DNA of 58,138 bases from positions 11,971,833 through 12,029,970 of the forward strand of contig NC_057749.1 of the NCBI RefSeq assembly GCF_004010195.1. The letters are read 5' to 3'. A model generated the notes under the pieces. The model was not told where the DNA came from, made no database searches, and saw nothing but the letters and a program-made list of their open reading frames with translations. Origin of the DNA: Chiloscyllium plagiosum (Eukaryota). Position 1 is the first letter of the stretch. Every line of letters starts with the position of its first letter. The position numbers were made by a program, and so were the translations under genes. This document shows positions 13,334 through 26,861 of the stretch, piece by piece.

Positions 13334-14484
13334 GCGTTCAACAAGGTTCCCCATGGTAGACTGGTTAGCAAGGTTAGATTTCATGGAATACAGGGAGAAC
13401 TAGCCAATTGGATACAGAACTGACTCGAAGGTAAAAGGAAGAGGGTGGTGGTGGAGGGTTGCTTTTCAGACTGGAGGCCATAGGCACACCAGTGATGTGC
13501 CGCAAGGATTGGTGCTGGATCCACTGTTTTTTGTCATTTATATAAACGATTTGGATGTGAACGTAGGAGGTATAGTTAGTAAGTTTGCAGATGACACCAA
13601 AATTGGAGGTGTAGTGGAGAGCAAAGAAGGTTACCTCAGAGTACAATAGGATCTTGATCAGATGGGCCAATGTGCTAAGGAATGGCAGATGGAGCTTAAT
13701 TTAGATAAATGTGAGGAAATCAGAGCAGGACTTATACACCGAATGGTAAGATCCTGGGGAATGTTGCTGAACAAAGAAACCTTGGAGTGCAGGTTCATAG
13801 TTCCATGAAAGTGGAGTCGCATGTAGATTGGATAGTGAAGAAGGCGTTTGGTATGCTTTCCTTGATTGGTCAGAGCATTGAGTATAGGAGTTGGGAGGTC
13901 ATGTTGCGGCTATGCAGAACATTGGTTAGGCCACCTTTGAAATATTGCGTGCAATTCTGGTCTCCCTCCTACAGGAAGGATGTTGTGAAACTTGAAAGGG
14001 TTCAGAAAAGATTTGTAAGGATGTTGCCAGGGTGGGAGGATGTAAGCTATAGGAAGAGGCTGAATAGGTTGGGGCTGTTTTCCCTGGAGTGTTGGAGGCT
14101 GAGCGGTGACCTTATAGAGGTTTATAAAATAATGAGGGGCATGGATAGGATAAATAGACAAGGTATTTTTCCTGGGGTGGGGGAGTCCAGAATTAAAGGG
14201 CATAAGTTTAGGGTGAGAGGGGAAAGATATAAAAGGGACCTAAGGGGCAACCTTTTCATGCAGAGGGTCATGCATGTATGGAATAAGCTGCCAGAGAAAG
14301 TGGTGGAGGCTGGTATAATTACAACTTTTAAAAGGCATCTGGATGGGTATATGAATAGGAAGGATTAGAGGGATATGAGTCAAGTGCTGGCAAATGGGAC
14401 GAGATTGGGTTGGGATATCTGGTCAGCATGGATGAATTGGACCAAATGGTCTGTTTCCATGCTGTACATCTTTATAACTCAATG
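13334..14484 (+). mobile_element. CR1-clade LINE 3' fragment
   Basis: ORF 13787..14368; same family as 1-1012. Confidence 0.9.
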
Positions 14485-14879
14485 AGAAGCTGGTGGGATA
14501 GGGAGCACTGTCATTGGGCGAGGTATCCAGGGGTTCATTTAAATTCTCTGGGGACATGGGTTTGAATCCCATCATGGAAAATAAATTTAAAGTCAAAGCA
14601 ATCTGAAATTGAAATCTAGTCTAAGTCATAGTGACCACGAAACCATCAACTGTTCAAAAAATTTACTAATAGTTCACCAATGCCTTCTGAAATGGTACTT
14701 TTCTTTAGGGAAGGAAATCTATTGTTTTTATCTGCCCTGACCTACGTAACACCAGACCCGCAGAAATGTGGTTGACTCTTCACTTGTCTCTGAAATGGCC
14801 AAGTCAGTTCAAAGACATTGGGCAACAAATTTTGGTAATTTCCACATCTATGAGAAAATAATTAAATAAATAGTCTTAC

Positions 14880-14952
14880 CTTTTAGCAGTGCCATTAAGA
14901 TAGCAAGATCAATATCCTGTTGTCCTTCTGAACCCATTCGAAAAACTGTGAT
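14880..14952 (-). CDS. TRPM1: TRPM1-type coding exon 9 (ITVFRMGSEGQQDIDLAILMALLK)
   Basis: ccacag|ATC...G|gtaaga, 73 bp. Not in the ORF track. Confidence 0.95.
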
Positions 14953-15605
14953 CTGTGGGAGAGAAAAGCCAAAACTGGAGTGACAGGTTGAAGACTTAAT
15001 AAATTCAGGGATAAACCAATGAACATTTTCTTTTCAGGTTCTGTCCCTGAAGGGAGGTCTGACCCACAATGCCATGATCTTCATCACAGGGAGGGCATAG
15101 AGGAGCTCCCAAGCCGACACCAGCTGCATTAGGGATTGAACTGTGTGCTGTTCTAATCCACACTGGCCTACCCAGCCACTGAGTCTAGATTAGACTGGTG
15201 CTGGAAAAGCACAGCAGCTCAGGCAGCATCCAAGGAGCAGGAAAATCGCCGTTTCGGGCAAAAGCCCTTCATCAGGAATAGAGGGACCTTTTACCTATCC
15301 AGCCACTGAGCTAACTGGACCCGCATAAGACCGGCGTCTATGTGGTGACACTTCCGTCATGTTGTAGCCTGGAGGTATCGATAATGACAGTAGAAGGTCC
15401 AATTATTTTCCATCCAACATGTCTGACTAGCAATCTCTTCCATTCCTGGTGCCTAACATTGATGTATGTTGGAAGGATTTACAAGTTGCTCCTCCACCTT
15501 TTTGTCTGAGTTATGAATGCATCTTCATTAAGCCCCGGAGTGGGACTTAAACCTGGAATTCCTGGCTCAGAAGCAGGAACACTACCTTCTGCACCACAGG
15601 ACCTA

Positions 15606-15822
15606 CAGACCATTCAGATATAACACACTTTTCCTCAACGCAAATTCATTCTAACCTGATTGACGAATCGGGGACACTATTTGTAAAGTGCAAACTTTTA
15701 AAACGTGTTGGCTGTAATACGATTACATCGCCAACACTTTAAGCGCTGTTTCTAAAGCACAGTTTTTCTATAACGCGGGGTTGTACAAGAATGCTACCAT
15801 CATGTTATCGAAGAATTGACTG
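15606..15822. mobile_element. Possible Tc1/mariner-type MITE
   Basis: Imperfect terminal inverted repeats (CAGACCATTC / GAATTGACTG) flanked by TA. Confidence 0.45.
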
Positions 15823-16123
15823 TACTTCTGAGATAACAAAACCCATGGTTAAGCTAAATGGATTAATAAAAACCTAAAAATTGAACGATTTGTGTATCAC
15901 TAATGGAAGGAAGGGTCAGCTGCTGAGTTGTTGCCTACCTAGTAGAATACAATGCTAGTGACCCTTCTTTCCATTTTTGAAATTCTCCCACGAAAAGCTT
16001 TTATAGGGACCATCTGCTTACCGTCTGCCTAACTCAGCTTCAGCCCAGTCATGAACAGCAGGCTGGTCGATCACAGCATACCTCACGACAAGAGACATAG
16101 GAGGTGGGAGCAGGAGTATGCCA

Positions 16124-16351
16124 GGCGAAAGTGAGGACTGCAGATGCTGGAGATCAGAGTCAAGATCAGAGTCAAAAGCCCTTTCTGCTCCTCAGATGCT
16201 GCCTGACCTGTTGTGCTTTTCCAGCACCACTCTAATCTTGACTCTGATCTCCAGCATCTGCAGTCCTCACTTTCACCTAGTTGATTTTAACCTTCTTGCA
16301 AATCCTCTTGCAAGGATGCCTATGTTGAAGAAGTTCTCCTCCTCTCTCTAC
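16124..16351 (+). mobile_element. Short Penelope-derived insert with an inverted terminus
   Basis: 13-bp TSD CAGGAG(T/C)ATGCCA at 16111 and 16352. Shares the TAGTTGATTTTAACC...GGATGCCT segment with 35905-36341. Confidence 0.7.
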
Positions 16352-16740
16352 CAGGAGCATGCCATTTAGCCCTTTTGAATCTGCTGACTGTGGCTGATCA
16401 TCCAAAGGAGTATTCTGTTCCCAGTTTCATCCCATACCCTTTGATCCCTTAGCTCTAAAGATTTCATATATACTGTATCCAATATTTTGGTCTCAAACAC
16501 TTACTGTGACAGAATTCCAAATGAACTCACCAGACCAGCATTTACACATTCACTCAATTGCCCAGCATTTATACACTTCATCAACAGCCCAGTGTTTACA
16601 CATTGACTCAATCGATCAGGGTTTAAAGATGGACTCAACAGGCAAATCTTTCCATGACAAATCAAAAACAATGAAAGCCAAATGTAAAATATACCAAATA
16701 AGAAATTCATTGTGTTCTCTATGCCCATGTTGATGCTCAC

Positions 16741-16864
16741 CAATGCTTTCTTCTTCATACACTCCATGATGCTGACAAAGAGTTGCTGTGACTGATGGCG
16801 ATTGTAGTTGAAGGTTTTCTGAACGGTAACCATGAGCTGATCTCGCACTGACTCACTGATTATT
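16741..16864 (-). CDS. TRPM1: TRPM1-type coding exon 8 ([10 protein letters not shown]...ECMKKKAL)
   Basis: gtgcag|A...TTG|gtgagc, 124 bp. Confidence 0.95.
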
Positions 16865-17357
16865 CTGCACAGAGCAGTGGAAATGAAAGACCTGAGAGTG
16901 ACTCCTTTGTGAGTCAAAAACATTCATTTACATAGCACCTTTAACAAGTAATATCTCCCAAGGGGTGTTATCAAACACAATTTGATGGAGTATCATGAGG
17001 AAAAAGGAAAACAGGTGACTAGAAGCTTGCCAACATGCTAGGTTTAAGAAGCATCTTAAAGGAATGAGATGAGATAAAGCAGGAATCCCAGAGGCAAGGA
17101 GATTAGGCAGGCCTGAGATCAGAACTACTAGTGGAGGACCAGGTTTGGAGTGTGCAGCAACCTGCGAAGGTCGTCAGGCTGGAGAAAGTGACAGAGATAG
17201 GGAGGAGTGTAGAGACTGAAAGAGATTATAGAGATAGGGAGGGGTGTTGGAGCTGGGGGCAGTGACAGAGATAGGGAGGGGTATAGCAGCTGAAGGAGAT
17301 TACTGAGATAGGAAGGGGGTGTAGGGGCAGGAGGACGTGACAGAGGTAGGGGGGGTG

Positions 17358-18328
17358 AATGTAAGTTTGCTCACTGAGCTAGAAGGTTCGCTTTCAGACT
17401 TTTCATTACCATATGAGGTAACATCATCAGTGAGAGTCCGGTGAAGCACTGATGTTAGTGACCTGCTTTCTATTTATGTATTTAGGTTTCCTTGGGTTGG
17501 TGATGTCATTTCCTATTCTTTTTCTCCAAAGGTGGTAAATGGGGTCCAAGTGGATGTGTTTGTCGATAGAGTTTTAGTTGGAATGCCATGCTGTAAGGAA
17601 TTCTCGTGGATGTCTCTGTTTAGCTTGTCCTAGAGTATATATGTTGTCCCAGTTGCAGTGGTGTCCTTCCTCATCTTATATAAGGATACTAATGAGAGAG
17701 GGTCATGTCTTTTTGTGGCTGGTTGATGTTCATGTATCCTGGCGGCTAGTTTTTTGCCTGTTTGTCCAATGTAGCGTTTGTTACAATTCTTGCAAGGTAC
17801 TTTGCAAATGACATTAGTTTTGCTTGTTGTCTGTATGGGGTCTTTTAAGTTCATTAGCTGCTGTTTTAGTGGGCTACTATGATGCCAAGGGATCTGAGTA
17901 GTCTGGCAGTCATTTCTGAGATGTCTTTGATGTAGGGGAGAGTGGCTAGGGTTTCTAGATGCATTTTGTCTGCTTGTTTGCGTTTGTTGCTGAGAATCGG
18001 TGGATTGTGTTCACTGAGTACCCGTTCTTTTTGAATACGCTGTATAGGTGATTTTTCTCTGCTCTTCATAGTTCCTCTGTGCTGCAGTGTGTGGTGGCTC
18101 ATTGAAATAATGTGCTAATGCAGCTTCATTTGTGGATGTTGGGATGATTGCTTCTGGCGTTCAGTATTTGGTCTGTACGTGTTGTTTTCCTGTAGACGCT
18201 GGTTTGAAGTTCCCCATTGACTGTTCACTCTACTGTGACATCTAGGAATGGCAGTTTTTTGTTGTTTTCCTCCTCTGTTGTGAATTTTATGCCAGTAAGG
18301 GTATTATTGATGGTCTTGAAGGTCTCTG
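17358..18328 (-). mobile_element. Penelope-like retroelement fragment (RT C-terminus, GIY-YIG endonuclease, terminal repeat)
   Basis: LPFLDV and TLPYIKDISE motifs; NVICKVPCKNCNKRYIGQT is a GIY-YIG motif. Confidence 0.85.
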
Positions 18329-18523
18329 GTCAGAACTACCAGAGGAGGACCGGGTTTGGAGTGTGCAGCCATCTCAGAAGGTCATCAGGCTAGAGGAGGT
18401 GATAGAGATAAGGAGGTATAGGGGCTGGAAGAAGTAACAGAGGTAGGTAGGAGTGTAGATACTGGAGGAGGTGACAGAGATAGTGAGGGCTGTGTAGGGG
18501 ATGAAGCAGGTGACAGATAGGGA

Positions 18524-18746
18524 GTCATGATTTGGAGAGGCCGGTGTTGGACTGGGGTGTACAAAGTTAAAAATCACATAACACCAGGTTATAGTCCAAC
18601 AGGTTTATTTTGGAGCGCTGCTCCTTCATCAGGTAGTTGTGCAGTATTCTCCACAACCACCTGATGAAGGACCAGTGCTCCAATAGCTAGTGCTTCCAAA
18701 TAAACCTGTTAGATTAAAATCTGGTGTGTGATTTTTAACTTTGTAC
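18524..18746. mobile_element. Short palindromic Penelope-derived element; relatives at 46820-46903, 49165-49270, 51247-51452 and 52150-52380
   Basis: Inverted termini AAAGTTAAAAATCACA...TGTGATTTTTAACTTT. Confidence 0.8.
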
Positions 18747-19269
18747 AGATAGGAAGGGCTGTGTAGGAGATGGAGTAGGTGACAGAGATAGGGAGGAGTA
18801 TAGAGACTGGAGGAGATTCCAGAGTTGGGAAGGGTTTGGCGCTGAATAAGGTTGCAGAGATCGGGAGGGTTGAACTAGTGATTTAAAAAGGAATGGGATT
18901 TGAAAATTGAAGTGCTGTCAGACTGGGCGCCTGTGCAAATCAGCAAGCACCTGGGTAATGTGTGAACAAATGTGGAGTGAGCTAGGGCTGGGACAGCAGA
19001 GTTTTCAATGAGGTCAAATTGCTCTAAGAGAGAAGCAATGCTGCAATGGCATATGCTGACTTGCAAATTCATATTTTTCTCAAATTCAGATCAAAATATA
19101 GATCAATGTAAGTGTGAACAAGTAAAGGGCTTTATAAGATCATCAGATGCTAAAATGTTGTCATACCCTTGCGTTGTTCAGGTGACACACAGTCTCACAC
19201 AGTTATGGGTTGGATAGTACTGGGTTGCTATGGGCATACTGTCAAGCTGTAAGTGATTTAAAGTTGTAC

Positions 19270-19444
19270 CCTCCTTCTGCTGAGTACTTGTGCGCAAATG
19301 CCAGGATGTCAGAAGCTCTTCCGCTACCATCACAGACCACCACCGGGACAGGAGGGTCCTCACGGAGACTCTCCAGGACAATCGATATCACATTGGGACC
19401 ACCTTCCACGATCAAACACACCACTGGTACTCCCTGGCCAAGCC
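19270..19444 (-). CDS. TRPM1: TRPM1-type coding exon 7 ([18 protein letters not shown]...KYSAEGG)
   Basis: cctag|GG...GG|gtacaa, 175 bp. Confidence 0.95.
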
Positions 19445-19819
19445 CTAGGCACAAAACAGAAAAGTCAGGAAAACTCAAACCAAAAGCACACAGTCCCACC
19501 TTTGCAAAAATTCAAGTCAATAAGTTCAGAGATAACAATATCCTGACTTGGCAGTGAGAGAGGTCACAGACTGAGTGCCACAATCTTTAATCAAGGCTCC
19601 ATATGTAACCAGGACAAATACCATGCAAGTCTCTACTAACTATTTGCTATAAGGGAATTTGATCTCAAGAGTGATGTTGTTCACAACAGGACTGGGTCTA
19701 CAGGACAAAATGAAGATCCCAAAGTTAATTTCAGGCAGCAGACCACCTACATAAGTCATGTGGTCATGGGAAAATTTCTGAAGTTGGATTTGGCATATAT
19801 TCACAGACAGTTAAATGAA

Positions 19820-20360
19820 TGTGCTGTCCCTGTCCTGGGAGTGTTTGATGGGAACAGAGTAGAGAGTGTGTTACATTTACCTTTCCCATGCTGTCCCTTC
19901 CTGATAAAGAGCTTATGCTCGAAGTATCGATTTTCCTGCTCCTCGGATGTTGCCTGACTGGCTGTGCTTTTCTAGCACCACACTCTCGACCCATGCTGTC
20001 CCTGTGCTTGGAGTGATTGATGGGGGACAGTGTAGAGAGAGCTTTATTTTGTACTTAACTGTGTGCTGTCCTGGTTCTGGGATTGTTTACAGAGGCAGTA
20101 TAAAGAGGGCTTTACTTTCAGTTTAAAAGAGCAGAAAAAGCTTTATGTTGTAACTAAACCTGTGTCATCCCTGTCCAGAGAGTGTTTGATGGGAACGATG
20201 CATTTTACTTTCAGTTTAAATGAGTACACAGGACTTCAAGTTTACTTTCTGTTTAAAAGAGTACAGGGAGCTATACTCTGTATCTAATCCTGTGCTGTTC
20301 CTGTCCTGGAAGTGTTTGATGGGAGACAGTGTAGATGGAGCTTTACACTGTATCTAACTT
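19820..20360 (+). repeat. Degenerate tandem repeat (TGTGCTGTCCCTGTCCTGGGAGTGTTTGATGGG...), roughly 65-bp unit
   Basis: Motif recurs at about 19820, 19995, 20063, 20161 and 20291. Confidence 0.7.
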
Positions 20361-20657
20361 GTTGTGGAGGTGGAATGCTATGTTGGTGGGATTAGAAAAG
20401 TGAAATTGTCAAACTGGGAATAGTTCTATTAACTTATAGAAAAGGTAAAATGTATTGAATTTTCAGAATGATCATTGATCCTCATTGTAAAGTTGACATT
20501 CATTCCCTTTCCCAAAGAGAAACTGTGTGGATCTAAATTCCCTAAAGAAACATTATCATGAGCAATCAAAGAATCTCCAAACTTCAGATCAATTGCTTGT
20601 CTTATCAACTCTCGCTCACAAAAGCTCAATAAAACTGAAAAGTATAGAAGTGACCTG

Positions 20658-20739
20658 GTGACAATTGAGTGATCCTTTGTCCTCCTCGCCTTATGAATAT
20701 TCCCAGGCACAGGATGAGAAAGGGAAACTCACTGGCCAC
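20658..20739 (-). ncRNA. miR-204/miR-211 family precursor; predicted 5p arm at 20705-20726, UUCCCUUUCUCAUCCUGUGCCU
   Basis: 5p arm matches miR-204-5p at 20/22 with the UCCCUUU seed intact. Loop GGGAAUAUUCAU and 3' flank UCAAUUGUCAC resemble pre-miR-204. The arms pair by eye. It sits in the intron that hosts miR-211/204 in TRPM1/TRPM3, about 90 nt from the donor. Confidence 0.9.
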
Positions 20740-20827
20740 AGGGACTTGGCAAACTTCTTCTAATGTTAGCGACGAGCTGACTCGCAGTGCACACGCCGGG
20801 TACACCTTGTGCTGAAAATTTCCTTAC

Positions 20828-20999
20828 GTGTGTTGATTTTCTGCAGGGAAATATGTTTCTCCAGTTGTCGCCGGAGCCTAACCTCAGCTCCATACTTGCC
20901 CAGGCTGCCATTATCAGCCAGGATGAAGTGAGTGTGTGTGTTGCTCAGCACCGTCAGTTTACTTAGAGGGTTTGACATTGTTTGATAGGGTTTGGTAAC
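20828..20999 (-). CDS. TRPM1: TRPM1-type coding exon 6 ([15 protein letters not shown]...LQKINTR)
   Basis: ttcaag|GTT...C|gtaagg, 172 bp; contains [10 protein letters not shown]. Confidence 0.96.
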
Positions 21000-21514
21000 C
21001 TTGAAAAAAAAAGCAAAATATTAGTGATCTGTCCCCCTCCCCCAACTCTCAGTGACCTCCCCCCTTCCCCTGACCCTCAGTGACCTCTGCCCCTTTACTT
21101 TCAGTTGATACCCCTGATCCTCAGTGACTTTTCTCTCCTCTGACCCTGTGACTTCCCCCTCTCCTGACCCTCAGTGACCTTCTCCTCTTCCTGACCCTCA
21201 CTGATATTACTGCTCTCCCTGACCTTTGGTGTTTTGTCCAATCACAGATTATTGGTGCCTGGCCCCACTACAACTCAATACTGACATACCCACCCCAGAA
21301 GGTAAATCTGACACTGGAGCTCTCACTGGAATCAGAAACTGTGTCAGAGAAAACATTCCATTATTACCTGGAGAGAAATCAACTCAAAGAGACCATGACC
21401 TTCCTGAGTTTGGGTTCCCCTGGCCTTCAAGTCAGATAAATCTTACCTTTTGGGAATGTGCACAGTTTGAGAAGTTTCTGATCTGGGGAAACAATTACTG
21501 CTTTTAATACTCAC

Positions 21515-21639
21515 ATCTTTCCCAATTAAATCCATTCTGTTCTCTACAATGCCCCAGGGAGCAAATCCAATTGCATAGATCCTTCCACGCGATTTGGAAG
21601 AATGATCTTTCAAGGCATCTCCTACATGACGGATCACAC
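21515..21639 (-). CDS. TRPM1: TRPM1-type coding exon 5 ([12 protein letters not shown]...DLIGKD)
   Basis: tgaag|GT...GAT|gtgagt, 125 bp. Confidence 0.96.
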
Positions 21640-22731
21640 CTTCAAATCAACAAGAAGTAATTGTCAGCCCCAGCAGTGTTACTCACCACTTGCCCTGGGA
21701 AATGGGGAATTTGTTGGGACAGTAGGACAGGGCTAGAATATGGTGAGTGTGCAATGAATCTATAGAGAAGCATGTCGGGTAGATGGTGGGGAAATTGGGA
21801 GGATTGGAGTTTGGGTGGCAAAGTTTGGAGTACAGGTGGAGGTGAGGATACATGCAGAAGTGATGGGGAGGGGGCTGGGATACAGGTGGAGATGTGGGAG
21901 ATACAGACTGAGGTGGAGGAGGGATACAGGTTGAGGTGGGGATACAGGCCAAGATTAGGTTACAGGCAGAGGCGGGGAATGGTAATCGTATATTGTTTGT
22001 GTTTAATTGTGTGAGGCGAGTGCACATTAGTCTGAGTGTCACTACATTATGTAACTGTACTTTTTGTAACATGTAACTCTGTAGATAATAATTTCTGAAA
22101 ATATGTAAAGATTAACTCCAATGCTATGCATCATTGCCCGGCTTTTAGGTGTGACAGAGGTATGAGCTAAATTCCAAAGAACAAGCAGGAATAAGAGGTG
22201 AAATAAGTTCAAGGAAAAACTTTAATTCCGATTTAACATCAGGCTATACCCCAGTCCCATGGTACCTGCCCTGCTCCGGGCCACAGATGGGAATGTGGAG
22301 TGGTGTCTTCCAGATCACCTTTGCCTAATTGATTTGTCCAGTCTATTTGAAAGTTAAAACTCCCCACGACTTTTTTTAAAAGTACCAATTATTTGGATAA
22401 TGTTCTGTTTAATTGTTTAATGGCTATTACGGGGCCTTTTGTCTAGTGTCAGCCATGTTTTCTTTCCTTTTCTAATCTCCAAATGTACTGAGATTCTTAG
22501 CCAAGATCCTTTCTCATTACTGTCCTCATGCCATCTTTTATCCAAGACAAATACTTTTCCTTTTCCATTCTGTCTGCCTCTTTGAAATGTTTTGCATCCC
22601 AGAATATTTATTTCCCAACCTTAGTCACCTTGTAACCATGTCTCTGTAATGACGACCAGGTTAAAATCATTTAACTCTATTTCACCTCTAGTTCACATAT
22701 GTTATAAATGCTTCAGGTGTGCAAATCTTCA

Positions 22732-23094
<363 letters not shown>

Positions 23095-23221
23095 TTAAAC
23101 CTTCATCACAGATCATCCTATCCATTTACCACAGAATCTGAAATCTTCTTGCTCTCGAAATGTATCCTCCTGCCCAAATTGAGCTTGATCTCAATCTAAT
23201 CTAAAGTCACTGAATCTCCAT

Positions 23222-23792
23222 AGGACACAGTTCCTGAAGGTGCTGACTCTCACTGGGATATAGTTCCTGAAGGTGCAGACTCTCACTGTGACATAGCTCC
23301 TGAAGGGGCAGACTCTCATTGGGACACAGTTCCTGAAGGTGCTGACTCTCACTGGGACACAGTTCCTGAAGGTGCTGGCTCTCACTGGGACATTGCTCCT
23401 GAAGGTGCTGACTCTCACTGGGACACTGCTCCTGAAGGTGCTGACTCTCACTGGGACACAGTTCCTGAAGGTGCTGACTCTCTCTGGGACACAGTTCTTG
23501 AAGGTGCTGACTCTCTCTGGGACACAGTTCCTGAAGGTGCTGACTCTCACTGGGACACAGTTCCTGAAGGGGCTGACTCTCACTGGGATACAGTTCCTGA
23601 AGGTGCAGACTCTCACTGGGACACAGTTCCTGAAGGTGCAGACTCTCACTGGGACACAGTTCCTGAAGGTGCTGACTCTCACTGGGACGTAGTTCCTGAA
23701 TGTGCTGACTCTCACTGGGACACAGTTCCTGATGGGGCTGACGCTCACTGGGATACAGTTCTTGAAGGTGCTGACTCTTATGGGGACACAGT
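23222..23792 (+). repeat. 33-bp minisatellite, about 17 copies (GGGACACAGTTCCTGAAGGTGCTGACTCTCACT)
   Basis: Directly visible; produces the 11-aa periodic ORFs in the track. Confidence 0.95.
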
Positions 23793-25027
23793 CGGAAATA
23801 TTTTTTGGCCTCTATCGCTCCCCCTTTTCTCACACTCTTTATTTGCCTCTCATTCTTTAAAAATGAAATTTTTGCTGGAACAGCAGTTGCTTCTCTCTTG
23901 GTTCCTTGACTAACACTTCATTCAAATTATTCAAAAAGCTGGTTTTATACAGATCAGTTTGTATAACTGCACTCCAGTTGAGTGAAACAGTGAATCTGGG
24001 TCACAATGGGATTAAATGATGGAATCAGCTTTAAATCACATTTTTGTAACAGAATTTTGGTAATAAACCTTCAGATCAGCACAAGTCCCTGCAGGAAGAT
24101 GAGATGCATCACAAATTCAATCCATTTGCTCACAATTAAAGCGGACAAAAGAAAACAACACATTTCTAAAAGAGAAATTTGGTACAGAACTAGCAATAAA
24201 ATTCCTCAGCCCCAATCCCATCCACACCATCAGAATACCCCATAAAAGCCCAATCTACTACATCACCTCAGTGACCCAAATTCACTTCCCATTGCGAGTT
24301 CTACTTCACTGCAGATATGTGATAAACTTTAAGGGACTTATTCATATCATTACTGAATCACAGCATGTTGCCAGATGGTACAAAGGTTTCAGTTTCCATC
24401 TTACTGAGCTCTCTTGTAGCATGATGGGCTGAAGGAAGTGTATTACAGTACATCCAAGTTACTTGGATTGAACTGAGACATGCACGTGCATGTGATTGTA
24501 CAGTGCATATGTAAATATAAGTGCTGTGATAAAACGTCATTGAATGCTGCAGTATCGTGTAACTCATGTCTCATGCATGTATAATAGGAGCTAACATCAG
24601 GATTCACATCATGATAGTTGAAGATCATCAGCTATCATTCCATGTCATGTCAAGAAGTCTAGTGGCATGATTACTCAAATATTAATCCAGAGTCTCACAT
24701 TCAAATCCAACTAGAGAAGATGATGAAACTTGAATCTAATAAAATCTGGAATTAGGAATTTAATGGATGACCATGAATCCATTGTTGATTGCTGGAAAAA
24801 CCCAATTGTGGTTCACTATTGTCCTTCAGAGAAGGAAATTGCATTCCTTACCTGGTCTGGCCTACATGTGACTCCAGACTGACAAACATGTTGCTAAACT
24901 TAACTGCTCTCTGGACAATTAGGGATGGGCAATAAACACTGGCCTAGCCAGCAACACCCACATCAATGAATGAATGTTTTAAAGAAATATCACGATGGCA
25001 ACATGGCAGTAAGCATCAAGGTTGGAA

Positions 25028-25335
25028 CTGCATGGTGGCTCAATTGTTAGCGCTGTTGCCTCACAGCGCAGGGGACCTGGGTTTGATTTCAGCCTTAGGT
25101 GACCATCTGTGTGGAGTTTGCACATTCTCCCCGTGTCTGTGTGGGTTTCCTCCGGGTGCTCTAGTTTTCTCCAGTAAAAAAAATGCAGGTTGGGTGAATT
25201 GGCCATGCGAAATGCAGGGTTACAGGTGAAGGGGTGGGTCTAGGTGGGATGCTCTTCAGAGGGTTGGTGTAGACTCGATGGGCTGAATGGCCTGCTTCGA
25301 CAGTGTAGGGATTCTATGAATTCTATTCTATGAAT
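25028..25335 (+). mobile_element. HE1-type tRNA-derived SINE
   Basis: A/B-box head GGTGGCTCAA...GGGTTTGATTTC, core GTGGAGTTTGCACATTCTCCCCGTGTCTG, ATTCTATG tail. Confidence 0.85.
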
Positions 25336-25606
25336 TGCTTATAAAATAATCCTGTTTAGAATACTAAACAGCTCTGGATCACAAATCATTTGGATGACCA
25401 GCCACTATAAATTTACCGGAGTACAGATCTTTAATTTGAATAGACAGATTTACCTTCTTATTGCATGAAGGTTGGGCTGAAAAAGTGAGAAACCCTCTAT
25501 CTCTTTTACAATAATACATTACTGCTGTGAGACGTGACATAACACACAGCAGTCACCATTCCAATCTAACTCCAAGCGCCCTGTTCCTCATTCCTTGGAA
25601 TAATTT

Positions 25607-26861
25607 GGAAAATTATAGGCTAATTAGCCTAACTTTGGTTGTTGGTAAAATTCTAGAATCCATAATTAAGGATGAGGTTTCTAAATTCTTGAAAGAGCAG
25701 GGTCGGATTAGAACAAGTCAACATGGATTTAGTAAGGGGAGGCCATGCCTGACAAACCTGTTGGAATTCTTTGAAGAGGTGACAAGTAGGTTAGACCAGG
25801 GAAACCCAGTGGATGTGGTCTATCTAGACTTCCAAAAGACCTTTGATAAGGTGCCACACGGGAGGCTGCTGAGTAAGGTGAGGGTCCATGGTGTTCGAGG
25901 TGAGCTACTGGTATGGATTGAGGATTGGCTGGCTGATAGAAGGCAGAGAGTTGGGATAAAAGGTTCTTTTTTGGACTGGCAGCCGGTGACAAGCGGTGTC
26001 CCGCAGGGTTCAGTGTTGGGGACGTAGCAGTTCACGTTATATATTAATGATCTGGATGAAGGGACTCGGGGTAATCTAGTGAAGTTTGGCGATGATACGA
26101 AGTTAGGTGGACAGGCAGGTAGTACTGAGGAAGTGGGAAGGCTGCAGAAAGATCTAGACAGTTTGGGAGAGTGGTCCAGGAATTGGCTGATGGAATTCAA
26201 TGTGAGCAAATGCGAGGTCTTGCACTTTGGAAAAAAGAATACAAGCATGGACTACTTTCTAAACGGTGAGAAAATTCATAAAGCCAAAGTACAAAGGGAT
26301 CTGAGAGTGCTCGTTGAGGATTCTCTAAATGTAAACATGCAGGTTAGGTCCGTGATTAAGAAAGCGAATGCAATGTTGTCATTTATCTCAAGAGGGTTGG
26401 AATATAAAAGCACCGTTGTGCTACTGAGACTTTATAAAGCCCAGGTTAGGCCCCACTACTGTGTCTAGTTTTGTTCCCCACACCTCATGAAGGACATACT
26501 GGCACTGGAGCGTGTCCAGCAGAGATTCACATGGATGATCCCTGGAATGGTAGGTCTAACATATGAGGAACGGCTGAGGATCCTGGGATTGTATTCATTG
26601 GAGTTTAGAAGATTAAGGCGAGATCTAATAGAAACTTACAAGATAATACATGGCTTGGAAAGTGCTGCAGAGTGTAGTGGAGGCCGGGACGCTAAATGTC
26701 TTCAAGGCAGAGATTGATAAATTCTTGATGTCACAAGGAATTAAGGGCTACGGGGAGAATGCGGGTAAGTGGAGTTGAAATGCCCATCAGCCATGATTGA
26801 ATGGCGGAGTGGACTCGATGGGCCGAATGGCCTTACTTCCACTCCTATGTCTTATGGTCTT
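25607..26861 (+). mobile_element. CR1-clade LINE, 3' half
   Basis: [40 protein letters not shown]. Confidence 0.9.

Noticed and set aside
23191..23833. Long repetitive ORFs and a CRISPR-like appearance
   Set aside because: Pure 33-bp tandem repeat with no unique spacers, in a eukaryotic intron.
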